NCBI GenBank assembly: GCA_965178125.1
Contig: OZ237748.1
Coordinates: 992,001 to 1,056,000 of the forward strand
Direction: 5' to 3'
Source of the DNA: Bilabrum cf. latius
Taxonomy: Eukaryota
Length of the DNA stretch: 64,000 nucleotides
Shown: one piece after another, positions 22,701-36,283 of the stretch
How the letters are laid out: each line of letters starts with the position of its first letter
Position numbering within the stretch: the first letter of the stretch is position 1
Made by a program: the position numbers and the translations under genes
The notes under the pieces: generated by a model
Told to the model about the DNA's origin: nothing
Database searches by the model: none
What the model saw: only the letters and a program-made list of their open reading frames with translations

Positions 22701-25635
22701 TCGTCGCAGAATGGCGCTACACCGGCCCATGTGGCAGTATAGGCAGGTGACCTTGAGTCTCTCCGCTTGATCGCTGCACTTGGCGGGAATGTGAATGCTA
22801 AGAATTATGTAAGAGAAGAGTATTGCCGGATCACAAGTGTGCCAGTCTGTCCGTAGTGCAATTTGAGGACGGGGTGCCTGTGAGATCTTGGCACCTAGAG
22901 GCGGCAGGTTGCTGTTGATTAGAAGATCGACAACATGTCTCCATCCAGGCATGGAACATGGGCTTTTTGCGAGCCACAAGCTGCTTTCCCCGTCCAAGTG
23001 GCCGACCATTTCTCTTCCCTGTCCATCCAGAAGAGCTCACATCTTGACTTGATGCTCACACCTGCCCTACATTGCGTTACATCCTCCATGATCCTCTATA
23101 TTCATCGCAGTACGGCGCTACACCGGCTCATTTGGCAGCAAAGTATAGCTACTCCGAGTGTCTTCGCTTGATCATTGCACTCGGTGGGGATGTAAATGCT
23201 CGCGATTGTGTAAGATAAAGGAATTGCTTGGTTGCAACTGTGCGTATCTGGAGAAGATTGGCTTTTGTGGGGCTCACTGAACGATCGATGCAGCACTGAT
23301 GAATAGTTCAACGCGGGGTGTGTCCAAAATGCCACTTAATAAGCCAGCCTGGAGCCGGGGCTGCCAAAAAGCTTGCCTGACAAGACCTAAACTTCGTCTT
23401 ACCCGGATGCTACAATCCCCTCGTTTACCCGCAGGGTGGATACACCCCCTTACACACGGCAGCGTACTATGGCAACACCGCCTGCGCCATCATCCTTATG
23501 GAGGCAGGGGCCCGCGGGGACATCAGACACTACGTGAGCATCCGCATTGAATAGTACAGAAATCTTCGTTGTCATCACCTTGATCTGTGTCCTGTCTTTC
23601 AATGCAAACCTGTCACTACTTTGATTTGTTGACCCCCCTGCAAGCCCCCCTCCCCCCCTTGCCTCCTCTTCAGTTCTCTGACCCCCCCCTCCCCCCCTTG
23701 CCTCCTCTTCAGTTCTCTGACCCCCCCCTCCCCTCCTTGCCTCCTCTTCAGTTCTCTGCCCACCCCCCCCCCCCCCCTCTTGCCTCGTCTTCAATGCTGC
23801 AGTATGGCTGCACTCCAGTAGAGATGGCACTATACCAGAGCAAGACTGGAACCGCTGCTGCAATACGATCATTCGTTTCCAGGAGAATCCGACAATCCCG
23901 AAGGTTGCTGTGCTGGCGGAGGGCAGTGGAGGGCAAGAGGGACGCAGGCAGAATCTTCCGAGCGGCCGCCGAGGGGAGGCCCCTGGAGCTGGCTAAGAGG
24001 CTGAGGCTCGGCAAGCTGAATGGCGGTCTATCAGCATTGGGCCTGTTACCCGACACAGACGGTCTACGTGCTCTATTGGAAAGAAGTAGAGACTAGCGCT
24101 GCGCCACCCGGCTAGAAGAAAGCATGACAAGGCCTGGCACGCAGCTCGTGTGCGGCCCCATGTTGGCGGCTGCGCTGGGGGGACACGAAGAGTGCGTGCG
24201 TATCATCGCAGCTGCAATCGATGAGCATGCAGGCCAATCGGAGAGTCCTGATACAACACGTGGCCATCTGATGGAGGCTCAGGCGTTGCGGTGTGTGGTG
24301 CGAAGCGATGCAGCGGCTTCATCACATGCGCAAGCTAGTAACCTGTCAGGATTTACATCTGATGGCGCTGTCTGGAACAAAGTGGTCCTACCCTGCGATG
24401 AGCTGTGTGGACTGTTTCACTCGGCTGTCAATAACGATAGTGAACCACGCCCGGGTCTCGATGATGCTCTGAGGACGTATGCTTCTTGGATGCGAGCTGC
24501 ATTGGAGGCTATATTCCTGCCAGCTGCGACTATAGCAGCGGAGTCTGTCGCCATGGCTGCATGCATGGCAGAGAGGCTCAGACCGGCAATCGAGGAGACC
24601 AGCATGTGCGAGGCACTGCAGCAGGAACTTGCGGATAAATTGAAATAGGTGCGAGACATGGAGGAAACACTGAGGAAACTTTGGAAGGAAGCCGAAGCTG
24701 TCCGCTAGAGGGCCGTCGCATGCAACAAGCTTCGCATTGATGTGGAGACATGCATGTGGAGGGCCCAGGAAGATGCGACCAGGACGTGCGGCGAGCTCCG
24801 AGTGCCCCCTGGGCTGGCTCGGCCCATCGATCCGGATACTCTGATCAGCTGGGGCTAGGGTTTACGCAAGAGCGTAGACGGACCGTATCTTCAACGTAGC
24901 GTAGATGCACTGCAGGGTGCAGTAGCTGGCGGAACGGAGGGCTAGGAGCCTACAGGCCAAGACGTTCTCGCAGCTATCTGCTCTGTAGACGCAAAACCGG
25001 CCAATGAACTTGATGCCACACGGCCCTCCACGTATGGTGCTGCCGATTGGTCTGCATCAGTTGCTGCCGATGGGTCTGCATCAGTTGCTGCCGATGGGTC
25101 TGCATCAGTTGCTGCTGGATGCACTGACACGTCGATTAAGGCAGAAGGGTAGAAGCAGGTCGCCATTCCCTTGAACGCGTCTGCGCCATCCATCCGGGAA
25201 TCCATGTTGGTCACGGCACGCAGTGCGTTCGAACGGACTGTCGGGCGGGTTGCTCCCCAACTTGTATTACTTCAACCTGCCGGTAGTCATGGCGGCTGTC
25301 CTGGAAACACCTCGGACCCCAAGAGCGAGTCAGGAGACTCAGCTTCAGCACCTGCCGCCACAGCGAGCGGCAGCCCTGGTGGCTCTCCAAATCGCTTCCT
25401 AATGCGGTATAGATAGGGGAGTGGCGGCGTATCAATGTGGCGAGGCGCGTCTTCCCAAAGAGCTTCGGCACACGGGTCCGCTCGTGTGGACCGGATCCGA
25501 TGCAACGAATTCAGGAGACGAATTTCCGTTGAGCTTTGTCACAGCATATAGCGCATAGAGGACATTGCGCTTAAGCTCGCGGCTGCGCGATCCAGGGTGT
25601 AGGCCAGGTGGATGGAAGCAAAGACTAAGACCTGA
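19773..25635 (+). CDS. Multi-exon ankyrin-repeat protein with RLRLGKL module and long helical C-terminus
   Basis: Exon 1 19773-19889 (LREAAKLGKVDDLRAYMDAGTDIESRDK|GTGAG). About eight ~99-nt phase-0 exons each encode one ankyrin repeat (e.g. 20763-20861, 21126-21224, 21910-22008). The last exon 23803-25635 has 611 codons with nine TAG, no internal TAA/TGA, and ends TGA. Confidence 0.8.
23636..23790. repeat. ~36-bp pyrimidine-rich minisatellite in an intron
   Basis: CCCCCCTCCCCCCTTGCCTCCTCTTCAGTTCTCTGA-like unit, about 3-4 copies, just before the acceptor at 23802. Confidence 0.85.
25039..25116 (+). repeat. 24-bp coding tandem repeat (AADGSASV x3)
   Basis: GCTGCCGATGGGTCTGCATCAGTT unit, three copies. 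Confidence 0.85.
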
Positions 25636-26043
25636 AGAAGCAGTTATAACTTATTTCCTGAGTGCTAGACCTTTAACCCGGACCACTAATCCGGATCCTG
25701 TGTCGGATCCGATGGATCAGAACTTGTTTTTCATTCACACACCATTGGCTCATGTATAGTCTAGGGATCTATGGATTCTGATACGGATTGGCAGATTCCA
25801 ATAACTATAGCTTATCCCAAAGACACATTCCATGCATGTCCCCGATCCCGCGGACCCACTGGGCTTCACCCCGAAGGACTGGTTCTTCAGGTGACGCCAC
25901 TACGGCTATGATCCCAGGCTATGAGGAGGGAGGAGCTAGATCAACTTTCCTCACAACGGCGAGGCTTTGCTCCCATGACTCGTGATGCCCTGCCGCCTGT
26001 CCTTCCTGCACCCGAGTCAGCCTGATCCTGATCCTGCCGTGCT

Positions 26044-29000
26044 TTACCCGACCTCGCCCTCTCGTCCCGCATCCTACTGTTCGACCAGCCCATCACCACC
26101 CTGCTCAGCCGCTTCCTCATCCAGATCGTCCTCTTCTTCCTCTTCATCCACAACCAGCGGCGCGGCGCAGTCCAGCTCGCCCGCCCATTCACCCACGGCT
26201 CCAAGCACCAGCTCCTGCACCACCAAGCGGGGCAACAGCTCCGAATCCTCATCGTCATCCTCTTCACCACCCCGCCGCCCCTCGGCCGCCGCACTCATCA
26301 CACCGTCCAGAAGCGGCCACACCGCAGCCCGCGCCGGGCCCCACCCGCACACTGCTCCCGCCGCCAGCCCCACGCAAGCCAGATCCACCTGCAGCTGCTT
26401 CAATCCACCGGTGGACGCCCGCAGGTCGCCGCTCCGGACCCAACGCAGGAGCGGGCGCAGGGAGGATGCAGCCGCCTGCGCCGCCCACGGCCCCGCCTGC
26501 AGACACTCGTCACCCTGCGAACCAGAGGCAGATCCGGATGCGGAACCGGCGCCGCGCCTGCCCATGCGACCGTTGGGCCCGGCAGCGCCCCCGCCACCAC
26601 TCGTCACACCTCCCCCATCGCCCAGCGCCGCAGCCACAGACGCGGCCACGTCGTGCGAGGGACCTGCACCACCGTGCGATGCACCCTGCTCGCCCCCCCC
26701 CGCACCCAGCCCGTCTCGCCCCGCGTCCATGCCGCCCGCAGCTCCTGGCCCCGCCCCGTCCCCACTCGTCACACCCCCCATGGCCCTCATCGCCCCGGGA
26801 AAGACCCCCCCGCACGCCCCCCGCATCGCCTCCGCCGCCCCCTGCCCCCGCAGCAGCTCCGCCACCCCCTCACTCGTCACACCGGGCCCCCCTCCCCCCA
26901 GCGCCGCCACCGCCGCGTCCCTACCCCGGGCCAGACCCCTCGCCCACACCCGCACCGCTGCCCTGGGCCCCTCGGGTTCGAAACCGGGACCGGGCCTCCA
27001 GTCAGCCGCGCTGGCGGACCGCACCAGCAGTGACCCCAGCTTGCGACCAAGTCCCCGAGCAGCTGCTCCGGCCTCCTCCCCCGCGGCCAGGGAACAAGCC
27101 CTCGCCAGGGCAGAAGCCCCCGCCTCGGCCGCCATGCTCGCGGCCTCGCAGGCCTCGGCCTCCTCCCCCCTCCTGGGGCGGGGGAGGAGCAGCTCCCGGG
27201 GGGTGCGCTTGCGGGGGGGGCTGCGCTTGGGGGCTCTCTTCGTGCCGCCATCTTCATATTCGTCCTCCTGTCCATCGTCGTCATCTTCATCTTCATCTTC
27301 GTCGCCCTCCTCCTCCTCCCCGTCCCCAGGATCCGCGAACAGCCCGCTGCGGACGGATCCCAGCGCACTCGTCACACCATGCGCGCCCCACCACCACAGC
27401 GCGCGGGCACACACCAGACGCCCCACCAGACCCACGTCCAGCGCCACACTCGTCACACCCCCAGCCCCAGGGACGCTCGCCAGACCCGCGGCGTACCCCA
27501 GATCCGCCTTGCCCGCCGCCGCCGCAGCAGCACCGTGCAATGCACCCGTAGAGGACCCCTGCGACAGGGCTGCTGGAGTCCTGCCGAATACCACTCCGGA
27601 TGGAGCGTGGTGTGACGACGACGGGGCACCGGAGGAGCCACCGTCGCGACCAGCACCCCCGTGCAATGCACCCGCAGACGGGCCCATGGCCAGGGCCAGG
27701 AAACCGATTTCGGCTCCGGATCTCGCCCCCTCGTCCCGCGACGCACCTCCCCCCGCGCCGCCGCCGCCGGAAACACCCGCCCCCGCCGCACCCCCCACCG
27801 AGGGCACCACGGGCGCCGCCACCGACTCCCACCCGTCCGCACTCGTCACACCACCACCCCCGCTCGCCAGCCGCCGGAGAGCCGCAGGCACCGCCGCGAC
27901 GGCGTCCCCGACGGCCGCCGCGAGCTAAACCGGAAACGCCCTCCCCAGGTCGGGCAGCGCGCGCATGAGGCCGAGCACCAGAGGGCGGCACCTGCGGCTC
28001 GACTGCGCCAGGGAACACAGGGCGGCGGCGCACGCGGCCGCCGCCAACCGGGGTCCCGGCCGGTTCCGCAAGCGCGGCGCCAGCGCCTCCACCGCCGCGG
28101 CCGCTTGTTCCCTGGCCTGGGCCTCGAACCACCGGCGGGCTGCGGCGGTGGGCGCCCCCGGCCCCAGCCGCATGCCCTCGAGTGGCAGCCCGGGGAGCAG
28201 GGGGGGGGGCTCCACGGGGGTACCCGGTTCCGCAGGGGTTCCGCTGCGCGGCGCCGATGCGGCGGCCCGTCCTGCAGCCGCGTTGTCCATGGCCCCTGGC
28301 GCGGCCAGGACAGCCGCCAGCAGAGCATGAACCGCTCTGCGCCTGCCCGCCCCCAGTGCCCCCTGCACGCCCAGCCGAGCCGCCCCCTCGGCCGCTTCCG
28401 CCCCCCTGTCCCTGAGCCTTAGGCTGGGGGGGAGCTGGGGGGCCAGGGCCTAAAGGGAGACGAGGAGAGTCTGAGCCGCCCTAGAGGCGCGCGCCGGGGT
28501 GTGACGAGCGCCAGGGGAGGCGCATGCCGCGGCGCTCAGGGCCAGAAGGGTCCTTCCGTGGGTCAGCAGGGTGGCCAAAGCGGGTTTGGCCACCTCCGCC
28601 GCGATCAACCCGGCGATGGGCCCTCTGCCGAGCCTGTCGCCCCCACTGCCACCGCTGCCAGAACTGCCTCTGCCTCTGCCTCTGCCTCTCCGACTATGAT
28701 CATCACCATCGTCGCCGGAATGGCTCCCACCTTGCTGGTGCAATGCCCCCCTCACCCGAGCCACGAGAGCGGTTGCACCCGGGGGCAGCGGCAGCGGGCA
28801 GGTGCCCATGGGGACCGCACTCGTCACACCTCCACCCCTGCCACCCTCGCCCCCACTCCCACCCTCACTCGTCACACCCCTCAGCACCCCCTCGGCGGCC
28901 AGGACCCCCTCCCGCAGGGCACCCAGCCAGCCCCCCGCGGCTCCTTCCGCGAACCGATCCGACGCCTGCTCTAGGCCCTCCCCCTGTGCCTCCGTCTGGA

Positions 29001-30981
29001 AGGGGGGGAGGCCTAGAGCAGAGGAAGAGGGTGACCCGGACTTGGAGGCCGGAGGCTTCGCACTCGTCACACCCCCATCACCGCCCCCAGCGGTCCCCGG
29101 CAGAAGCCCGTGCAGCTCCCCGGCGCACAGCCCGCCGCGCCCCGCACTCGTCACACCAAGGCGAGCCGCGGCCGCCTCGAGGGCCCCCCGCAGCCACAGC
29201 AGCAGCAGCGCCCCGACCTCGCACTCGTCACACCCCACCCGCAGCAGCAGGCCGGCCGCCTCCGTGACCTGCCCCGCCCCCCGGAGCGAGCCCAGCCGGG
29301 CGGACTCGGAGCCGGAAAGAGAAGGGGGCTCCCAGGCGGGGGCGCCATCGTGCAGTGCACCCATAGCACCGGCCATCCCCGCGGAATCTTCATCTTCAGC
29401 GCCGTCATCGTCGAGCCCAGAGCGGCGGGCCTCCGCGGCATCTGCCGCCGCGCGCGCCCACGCCGCCGCCGGCTCCAGGCCGGTCCCCGCACTCGTCACA
29501 CCCGAAGCATCGCCGCCCGTGTTCCCCTCTCCCCCCTCCTCCGCCCTGCCTCCATCGCGACCGCCGCCCGCCGCCGCCGCCGCCCCCCACATGCGCCTCC
29601 ACAGCCTGACGCGGAGCCCGGCGGCCGCCATCTCCGTCTCCCGGGCGATGGGCGCCAGCAGCACCCGCACCGCACCGCCGTGCGATGCACCATCCCCCCC
29701 ACCGCCCTCCTTCGATTCTCCCTCCTCACTCGTCACACCCTCACTCGTCACACCCACGGCCCGCAGCCCCTTGACCCCCCCCTCGTAGTACCTCCCCGCC
29801 TGCCCCTCCGCCCCCAGCTCCACCGCCCGACGGAGCCGGGCGGGCAGCCGCAGCAAGGCCTCGAGTCGTCTCAAGCGCCGCTGCTGCCCCAGCAGCCGAC
29901 TCACCTCCTCCCGTCTCCGCCGGAGGGCGCCGTCCACCAAACCGGAAGTGTCCGCCAGCCGGTCCATCCTGCCCCTCAGGGCGGCAGAGGCCTCCCCGAT
30001 GCCACCCGCGGCGCCCCTCACGTCCCGCACCGTGGAGGCCGCGCCGAGGAACCTTCGGTAGTTGGCGTACACGAGTTCCTGCACGCCGCCCAGGAGAGAT
30101 TGCCGCTCCGAATCCAGGCGCAGGCTCTCTGCGGCCAGCGAGGCCACGTCCTTTGATCGGAGCAGATGCCTCACGTACTCCTTGGGCTCCAGCTGCGGGG
30201 AGTCGATGTCGAGGGCCGGGGGGTTGGCCCTGTGTCCCGGGTGCATCTGGGCGGAGGAGGGGGAGGGGCCTTCTTTGCCTCCAGCAGCCGTGTCGATCCT
30301 GCCCAGATCACCCATCCCACCTCCGTTGGTTTGTTGCTCCTCCTCCTCCTCCTCGGGAGCAGAGACACCGTAGAACTGCTCCATGAGAGCCATCATCCTG
30401 CGAGTGGGGGGGGGTGAATGGCGGTGAGTGAGTGGGAGGAGAGTGGGCGATGCACTCGAGGTGCAGTACCATGCTACAAGACATGGACGGGAATGATACG
30501 ATACCAGCCCAGGATGGATCCGCCAAGCGCGACGACGGTAGGAGAGAGACTGGTGTGATGACGCACCGTTTGACGGGTGAAGGACGGCGTGCACGGTACC
30601 AAGATGAAAGCGGAGGATGCAAAGCACACCATGTTGCTGCATATTCGATACGGTATGCCGGCCTACAGATGCGGCGCACCTGTGACAAGATTGCGCTGCA
30701 GCCAAATAGGCTCGCGGGCGTGATGCAACATCCGCATGCGCCAGCATCACTGGCAGCCTAGAGCTATACATCCACGGCGATTTCATTTGCTGTTGTACAC
30801 ATATAACTGAATGATCTGTTCGATCGCTCATGCGTGGAACCGGTGACGCTGGATCCACTGCTACAACAGCGTCTGCAACACCCACGGCTGGCGTTACACA
30901 CGGCAGTGCAACCGCCAAAGTCACTGCGCTAGCTGAGCTCAGATCTCACTTCATGTCATCGTCATCTCCATCTGCTGCCAT
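26044..30981 (-). CDS. VPS51: Vps51 (GARP/EARP tethering complex subunit)-like protein with low-complexity insertions
   Basis: LMEQFYG...DIDSPQLEPKEYVRHLL...LVYANYRRFLGAASTVRDV...LEALLRLPARLRRAV matches the Vps51 N-terminal domain. The main exon ~30397-26044 is one frame across TAG at 28450, 27925, 26074 and ends TAA 26044-26046. A short first exon (ATG 30981, MAADGDDDDM, GTGAG donor) is inferred; 5' exon structure is uncertain. Confidence 0.8.
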
Positions 30982-31765
30982 GCCTTCTGTATTTCAAGAT
31001 AGGCGGAGCTTGCACATCAATTTCCCGAAATTGGTATTTTAAGAATGTACAGTGCTATTCAAAGGGTTCAATCCGGATTCTTCTTCGGTTGCAGTTTAAC
31101 TGGTTTCAGCTGGCGCAACATATATCGATCGGCACTGTAGGTGAGCAAAGTTTGTCATTTACTTGACCTGATCTGATGTTCGAGTTCGCGTTGACACTTG
31201 TCGCGTTGAGCGGATCATAGTTCCGGTTCATGTCTCAATGGGCGAGGCGCGCAGGCCGCCTCTGCCACGCGCTGCGTCAAATGACTGTTTTGTTTGCCGG
31301 AATGCTCGCTGCAGCTGCGTATTTATTGTCTCAGAGCAGTTGAATCTGTAGGTCTACGTTTGACTCTTGCCTGCCCGCAAGCATGTTGCGGTCGGGGCGA
31401 GTCTGCGACTTGGCTTGAGATGCAGCTGCCTGCACCTACTTTGCATGCGCACCGACATTCGCACAGGCCCTGTTTTGCAAATAATCACGGAATTATCTCG
31501 TTTGGCTCAATTAATCGCGGTTGCCTACGCACGGTGCTTCGAGCCTAGCTTGATCCACCATTTGCATCCACAGCCGTGCCCGTTGCACTCCGTCCAGCCC
31601 GGGCAACAACATGCCACATCTTACTTGCAATGCATCGCAGGTCTACGTATACGAGAGTAACGCTTGCTCTCAAAAAAATCCGGCTGAAGCTCGCATTCAG
31701 CACAAACACCCAGGCGCGCTTCCATCCAACGAGGCCTTCCAAAGACCCCGGACGCACTCGTCATC

Positions 31766-34700
31766 ATGGCAGGCTCGCAGCAGGATGACCCGCAGCAGCC
31801 GCCGCGATTCGGGGCCGCAAGCGCGTTCCCGCCAAGCTCCTCCTCCTTGTCCCCGCCCGGGGGCATCAGGGGGGGTGTCGCCGCAGGGGTGGGGTCCGGG
31901 CGAGGAGGGGGCGGGGGGGGCACGCCCCCCAGGGGGGGAGGGGCCGCCGTCCCCCCCTCCTCCTCCCCCGACCGCCCCCACTCGTCACACCACCACCCGG
32001 CCACCCCCGGGGCCATGCAGCAGCTCGTGCCCCTGCTCTCCCACGTGCAGGCCGCCTTCGGGGCCGCAGGATAGCCGCCCCTCCCCCTCCCGCGGGTGGC
32101 ACTGATCGGGGGCCAATCCGCGGGCAAATCGAGCGTGCTGGAGGCCATCGTGGGGAGGCCCTTCCTGCCCCGGGGAACCGATGTGACGACTAGGCGGCCG
32201 CTTGTCCTGTACCTGCAGACGGTGGGAGAGGAGGAGGCGGCGGCCCTCAGGCACGCCTCGGCGGCGGCGGCGGCGGCGGCCGAGGCCCAGCGGCAGCGTG
32301 AGGCGCAGCGGGAGGGAGGTGTGACGAGTGAGGGGGGAGAGGAGGGGAAGGGGGACGGCGTTAGCGGCGGCGCATCGCACTCGTCACAGTCAGTCCCTAG
32401 GCCCCCCCCCGCTCCGGCCAGCGCCAGCGGGGAGTGGTGCGAGTTCCTGCACCGCAGGGGGGAGCGGTTCGTTGATTTCGACGCGGTGCGGGAGGAGATC
32501 GAGAGGGAGACCGCGCGGGTGTGCGGGCCGCAGAAAGGGGTGGATCCGGAGCCGATTCACCTGCGGGTGCACTCCCCCTGGGTGCCCACCCTGACCCTGG
32601 TGGATCTTCCGGGTTTGACCAGGGTGCCTGTGGGGGACCAGCCAGCCGACGTGTCCACCCGCATTGAGGGCATGGCCGAGCGGTATGCCAGCGACGAGCA
32701 GACGCTGCTGCTGGCGGTCACACCAGCGACCGACGACCTTGCCACGAGCGCGGCATTGGAGCTGGCGAGGAAGGTGGACCCTAGAGGGGTTCGAACCCTG
32801 GGGGTGCTGAGCAAGTGCGATCGGGTGGACGCGGGGGCGGGGGCGGCGGTGACTGCGGCGCTGCGCAACGGGGTGGTTCCGCTGAGGCTGGGGTGGGTGG
32901 GGGTGGTGTGCCGGGGCCCGCGGGCGGAGGAGCAGGGAGTCACTTTGCTGCAGCAGAGGCAGCTGGAGAGTCAGTTCTTCGCGCGGCATCCCACGTTCCA
33001 AAGGCTCGGGGGCCGGGCGGGGATCGGGCACCTCGCCCGGAGGTTGGCGCAGACTGTGCTTGAGAGCGCCCGGGCGAGGCTTCCTCGGATCAGGGAGCGG
33101 CTTCAGGCGGAGCTGCTGCACCAGGAGAGGGAGGCGGGGCTGGACAGGGACAGGGGTGTGACGAGTGGGGGTGCTGGTGCGGGGGAGGACGACGGCGCCG
33201 GTGGTGAGGGGGGGGGTTCTGCCGGTGGTGCTGTGAGGGGTGGGCTGCTCTTGTCCCTGGTGAGTGGGTATTCCCGGAGGTACGTGTCCATGCTTGAGGG
33301 GAGGCCGGATGACGAGTACGACGAGGACGAAGATGAAGAGGATGATGGGAACATGGGTGGGCGTGGGCGGGGTGCAGTGCACGGTGGTGCGCAGGAGAGC
33401 AAGGAAGCCTCTTCTCGTGCCCAGGGGGGGCGGGGGCGCAGGGAGGTGCCACGACCCCCGGGGGGTGGGGGCGCTCAGGAGGGGAGTTACCCCGCGACCC
33501 CGGGACCCCAATACGGGGGGGACACCACCACTACCCCCGGGGCCCCCTCCGTGGCCCCCCCCCAATCCACCGTTGGATTGCCCGCGTCCTTCAGAGCCGC
33601 TCAGGCTGCGGCGGAATCCAGGGCCGTGCGAGACGCGGCGAAGGACGGGACCTACGAGAGTGCACTGCACGGCGGTGCACTTGGGGGTGCGTAGGGCGCT
33701 GCCGGGGGGTAGTACGGAGCCAGCGGTCGTGGCGCGGCCGGCGGTGGTGTGACGAGTGGGGAGGAGGGTGACAGGGGCCTGGGAGCACTCCCCCGGGGCG
33801 GGGCCCGGCTGCGGAGCGAGGTGTTTGAGCGGTTCGCCAGAGGCACGATCGAGATGGACCCCCTGGGGGGTTTGGGGACGGGTGACGTGGCGGCTGCGAT
33901 CAGGGCACACACGGGGCCCGGGCCCGACCTGTTCGTTCCCCAGGGGGTGTTCGACTCGCTGGTGCGGAGGCAGGTGCGGAGGCTGGAGCAGCTGGGACTG
34001 GCCTGCGTGCGGCAGGCGTATGACGAGTGCAAGGCGGTGGCGGCGCGGGCGGGCGACGGGGGTGGCTTGCCCCGGTGGGGGCGGGCACGGGAACGGGCGG
34101 TGGAGGAGTGCAGGGCATTGCTGCGCTCCCAGCTGCGACCCTGCGAGGCCTTCGTCAGGCAGCTCATGCAGTGCGAGCTGGCACACGTGAATATCCAGCA
34201 CCCGGATTTCCTGGGGGGCGATGGGGCGCTGGGGAGGGCCAAGGCGTGGGCCGACAGGGTGGGGCCCGCCCTCCTCGTGGACGGTCCTCACTCGTCACAC
34301 CACCGCCACCACTCGTCACACCACCACCACTCGTCACACCACCACCACTCGTCACACCAGGAGCCGTGGGTCCTCCCCGGGGAGGCGCCCCCGAGGGACA
34401 GGGAGGACGAGGCCGCCCTACTCTTCGGGGGCAGGGAACCCAGGGAACAACTGGAGGCGGCGCTGCAGCGGGAGCTCGGTGTGGCGAGTGAGGGCGGCGC
34501 GACGGCCTCCCCTTCCGCGGGTGCGCTGCAGCTGCAGGTGCTGGGGCAGCAGGGCGCCTTCCGGTGCGGCGAGCTGCAGCTGCAGGTGAGCGGTGGGGGC
34601 GGGGAGGACCTGGACGGTGTGACGAGTGTGCCGCTGGACACGGAGGCTCTGCTCGCGCGCCACTGGCCCGTTGCCGCAGCTGTGGCGGGGGCTGTGGCGG

Positions 34701-35878
34701 GGGCGGGGGCCGGTGCGTCCTACCCCCCTGATCACTCGTCACACCGCTCCCCCCCTCAGTCCTTCCCCCGCCGGGTGTGGCTCCCGGCGGAACAGGCCGA
34801 GGAGGCCCGTATGCTTCGAGAGTGCGTGCGGTCCTATGTGACGATTGTGCAGCGGCAATGGGCGGATCTCGTCCCCAAGGCGGTCATGTGCCTGTTGGTG
34901 GGAGCCTCCAAGCAGAAGGTGCACGCCCATCTGGTGCAGCGGATGTACGGGGGCGCCACGGACGCCCAGAGGGTCTGGGAGCGGCAGGGGAGGCCCTCGA
35001 TCCAGGGGCCTCTGTACCAGCTGACCACCGAGACGGGCGAGGCAGCCGCAAGGAGGAGGAGGGCGGGGGCCGTGGTGCGGGCGCTGCGGAGGGCCCTGAG
35101 GGCGGCCGATGCGGTGGCTGCTGCGGAGGAGGGGGGCGCCGCGGGGCTGCTTGGGGGGGGTGGGGGGAATGGGGTGGGGGCGGCGGGGCTGGTGCCGGGG
35201 GGTGTGACGAGTCTGGAGGACGAGGAGGTGGCCATGCAGCAGCAGTAGCAGCAGGGGGGGTATGGGCCGAAGGAGGGAGGCGATGAGTGGAGTGGTGGGA
35301 TGTATGGTGTGACGAGTGCGGGCGGGGGTGCCTCGAACGGGGTGGTGCGGGAGGAGGAGGCTGTGGCGGCGGCTCGGTTCTACGCCTCGCAGCGGGCCCT
35401 GTCTGGCGGGGGCGGGGGTGTGACGAGTGATGGGGGCCTGGGCGTGGGGGTGTCGAATCCGTGGGGCGTGGGGGGATCGGCCTACGGGGTCGGCGGGTGG
35501 GTGATGGAGAGTGTAGGTCGTGTGCCACTGGGCGCGTCCCCGCCGCAGCCTCCCGCCTCGCAGGTGTCGTCGGGGAGGGGTCGCAAGGACGGTGTGACGA
35601 GTGGGAGTGGGGGTGCTCCGGTGGCTGGGGGGCCCCCGATCGTGGGGAGGGGTCCATCGGGGGGTGGGTCTGGTGAAAGTGTGACGAGTGGGTCCAGGGG
35701 CGGGTCCGTGCTGCGTCGGGCGGCGCACGCACCGGCGCACCTGGGTGGGGAGCGGTCGGTGGGTGTGACGAGCGATGCGCACCAGCGTCGGGTCCGCGGC
35801 AGTCCGGGGAGCGTCACTGGGTCTGTGACCGCGGCCGGAAGGGCGGATGTGCCTGCTTTGGGGTCGGGCGGGCGGTGA
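31766..35878 (+). CDS. Dynamin-related GTPase (Drp1/Dnm1/Vps1 type), 1370 aa with TAG=Gln
   Basis: MQQLVPLLSHVQAAFGAAG[TAG]PPLPLPRVALIGGQSAGKSSVLE, LPRG..VTTRRPL, LVDLPGL, LSKCD, ELAHVNIQHPDF, GED SYVTIVQRQWADLVPKAVMCLLV. One frame with TAG at 32072, 33692, 33710, 35246; ends TGA 35876-35878. ATG ~32015 is an alternative start. Confidence 0.9.
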
Positions 35879-36283
35879 GGGTGTCTCGTGTCTGCCTCTG
35901 GCTCGCGCAGCATCATCCGCATAGATCGATCGATGATTGATGATTGATGGGGACGCCGCGGCAGGGATATTTGAGTGTGCTTGCACAGTGCGAAAGGGGC
36001 TTGTTTATCAGTCGGTGCTTGCTGTTGAACTCGAGACCATCGATACCGGAACCACAATGAAACCGGAACCGCGCATCGTTCTCGATCCGATGGATCGAAC
36101 GCAAGAACCCAGGGCTTGGTGCTGCCTACGCTGCGGATGTCGCGCAGTTCCGAGGCCAAGAAAAATACAGATCCGTTCACGTCATCTAATGTGTGGTGAG
36201 TTCCATCGTGATGTCTGCTACTGGCAAATTCTCAAGCGACCAAAGCAACCCTTGCTGCTCGCCTTTCGTTGCGTGTCCTACAG

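Noticed and set aside
25982-35986. Long antisense ORFs (e.g. 25982-27928 +, 28802-29788 +, 32390-34291 -, 34739-35986 -)
   Set aside because: Shadow ORFs of very GC-rich coding sequence on the opposite strand, with no domain signal.
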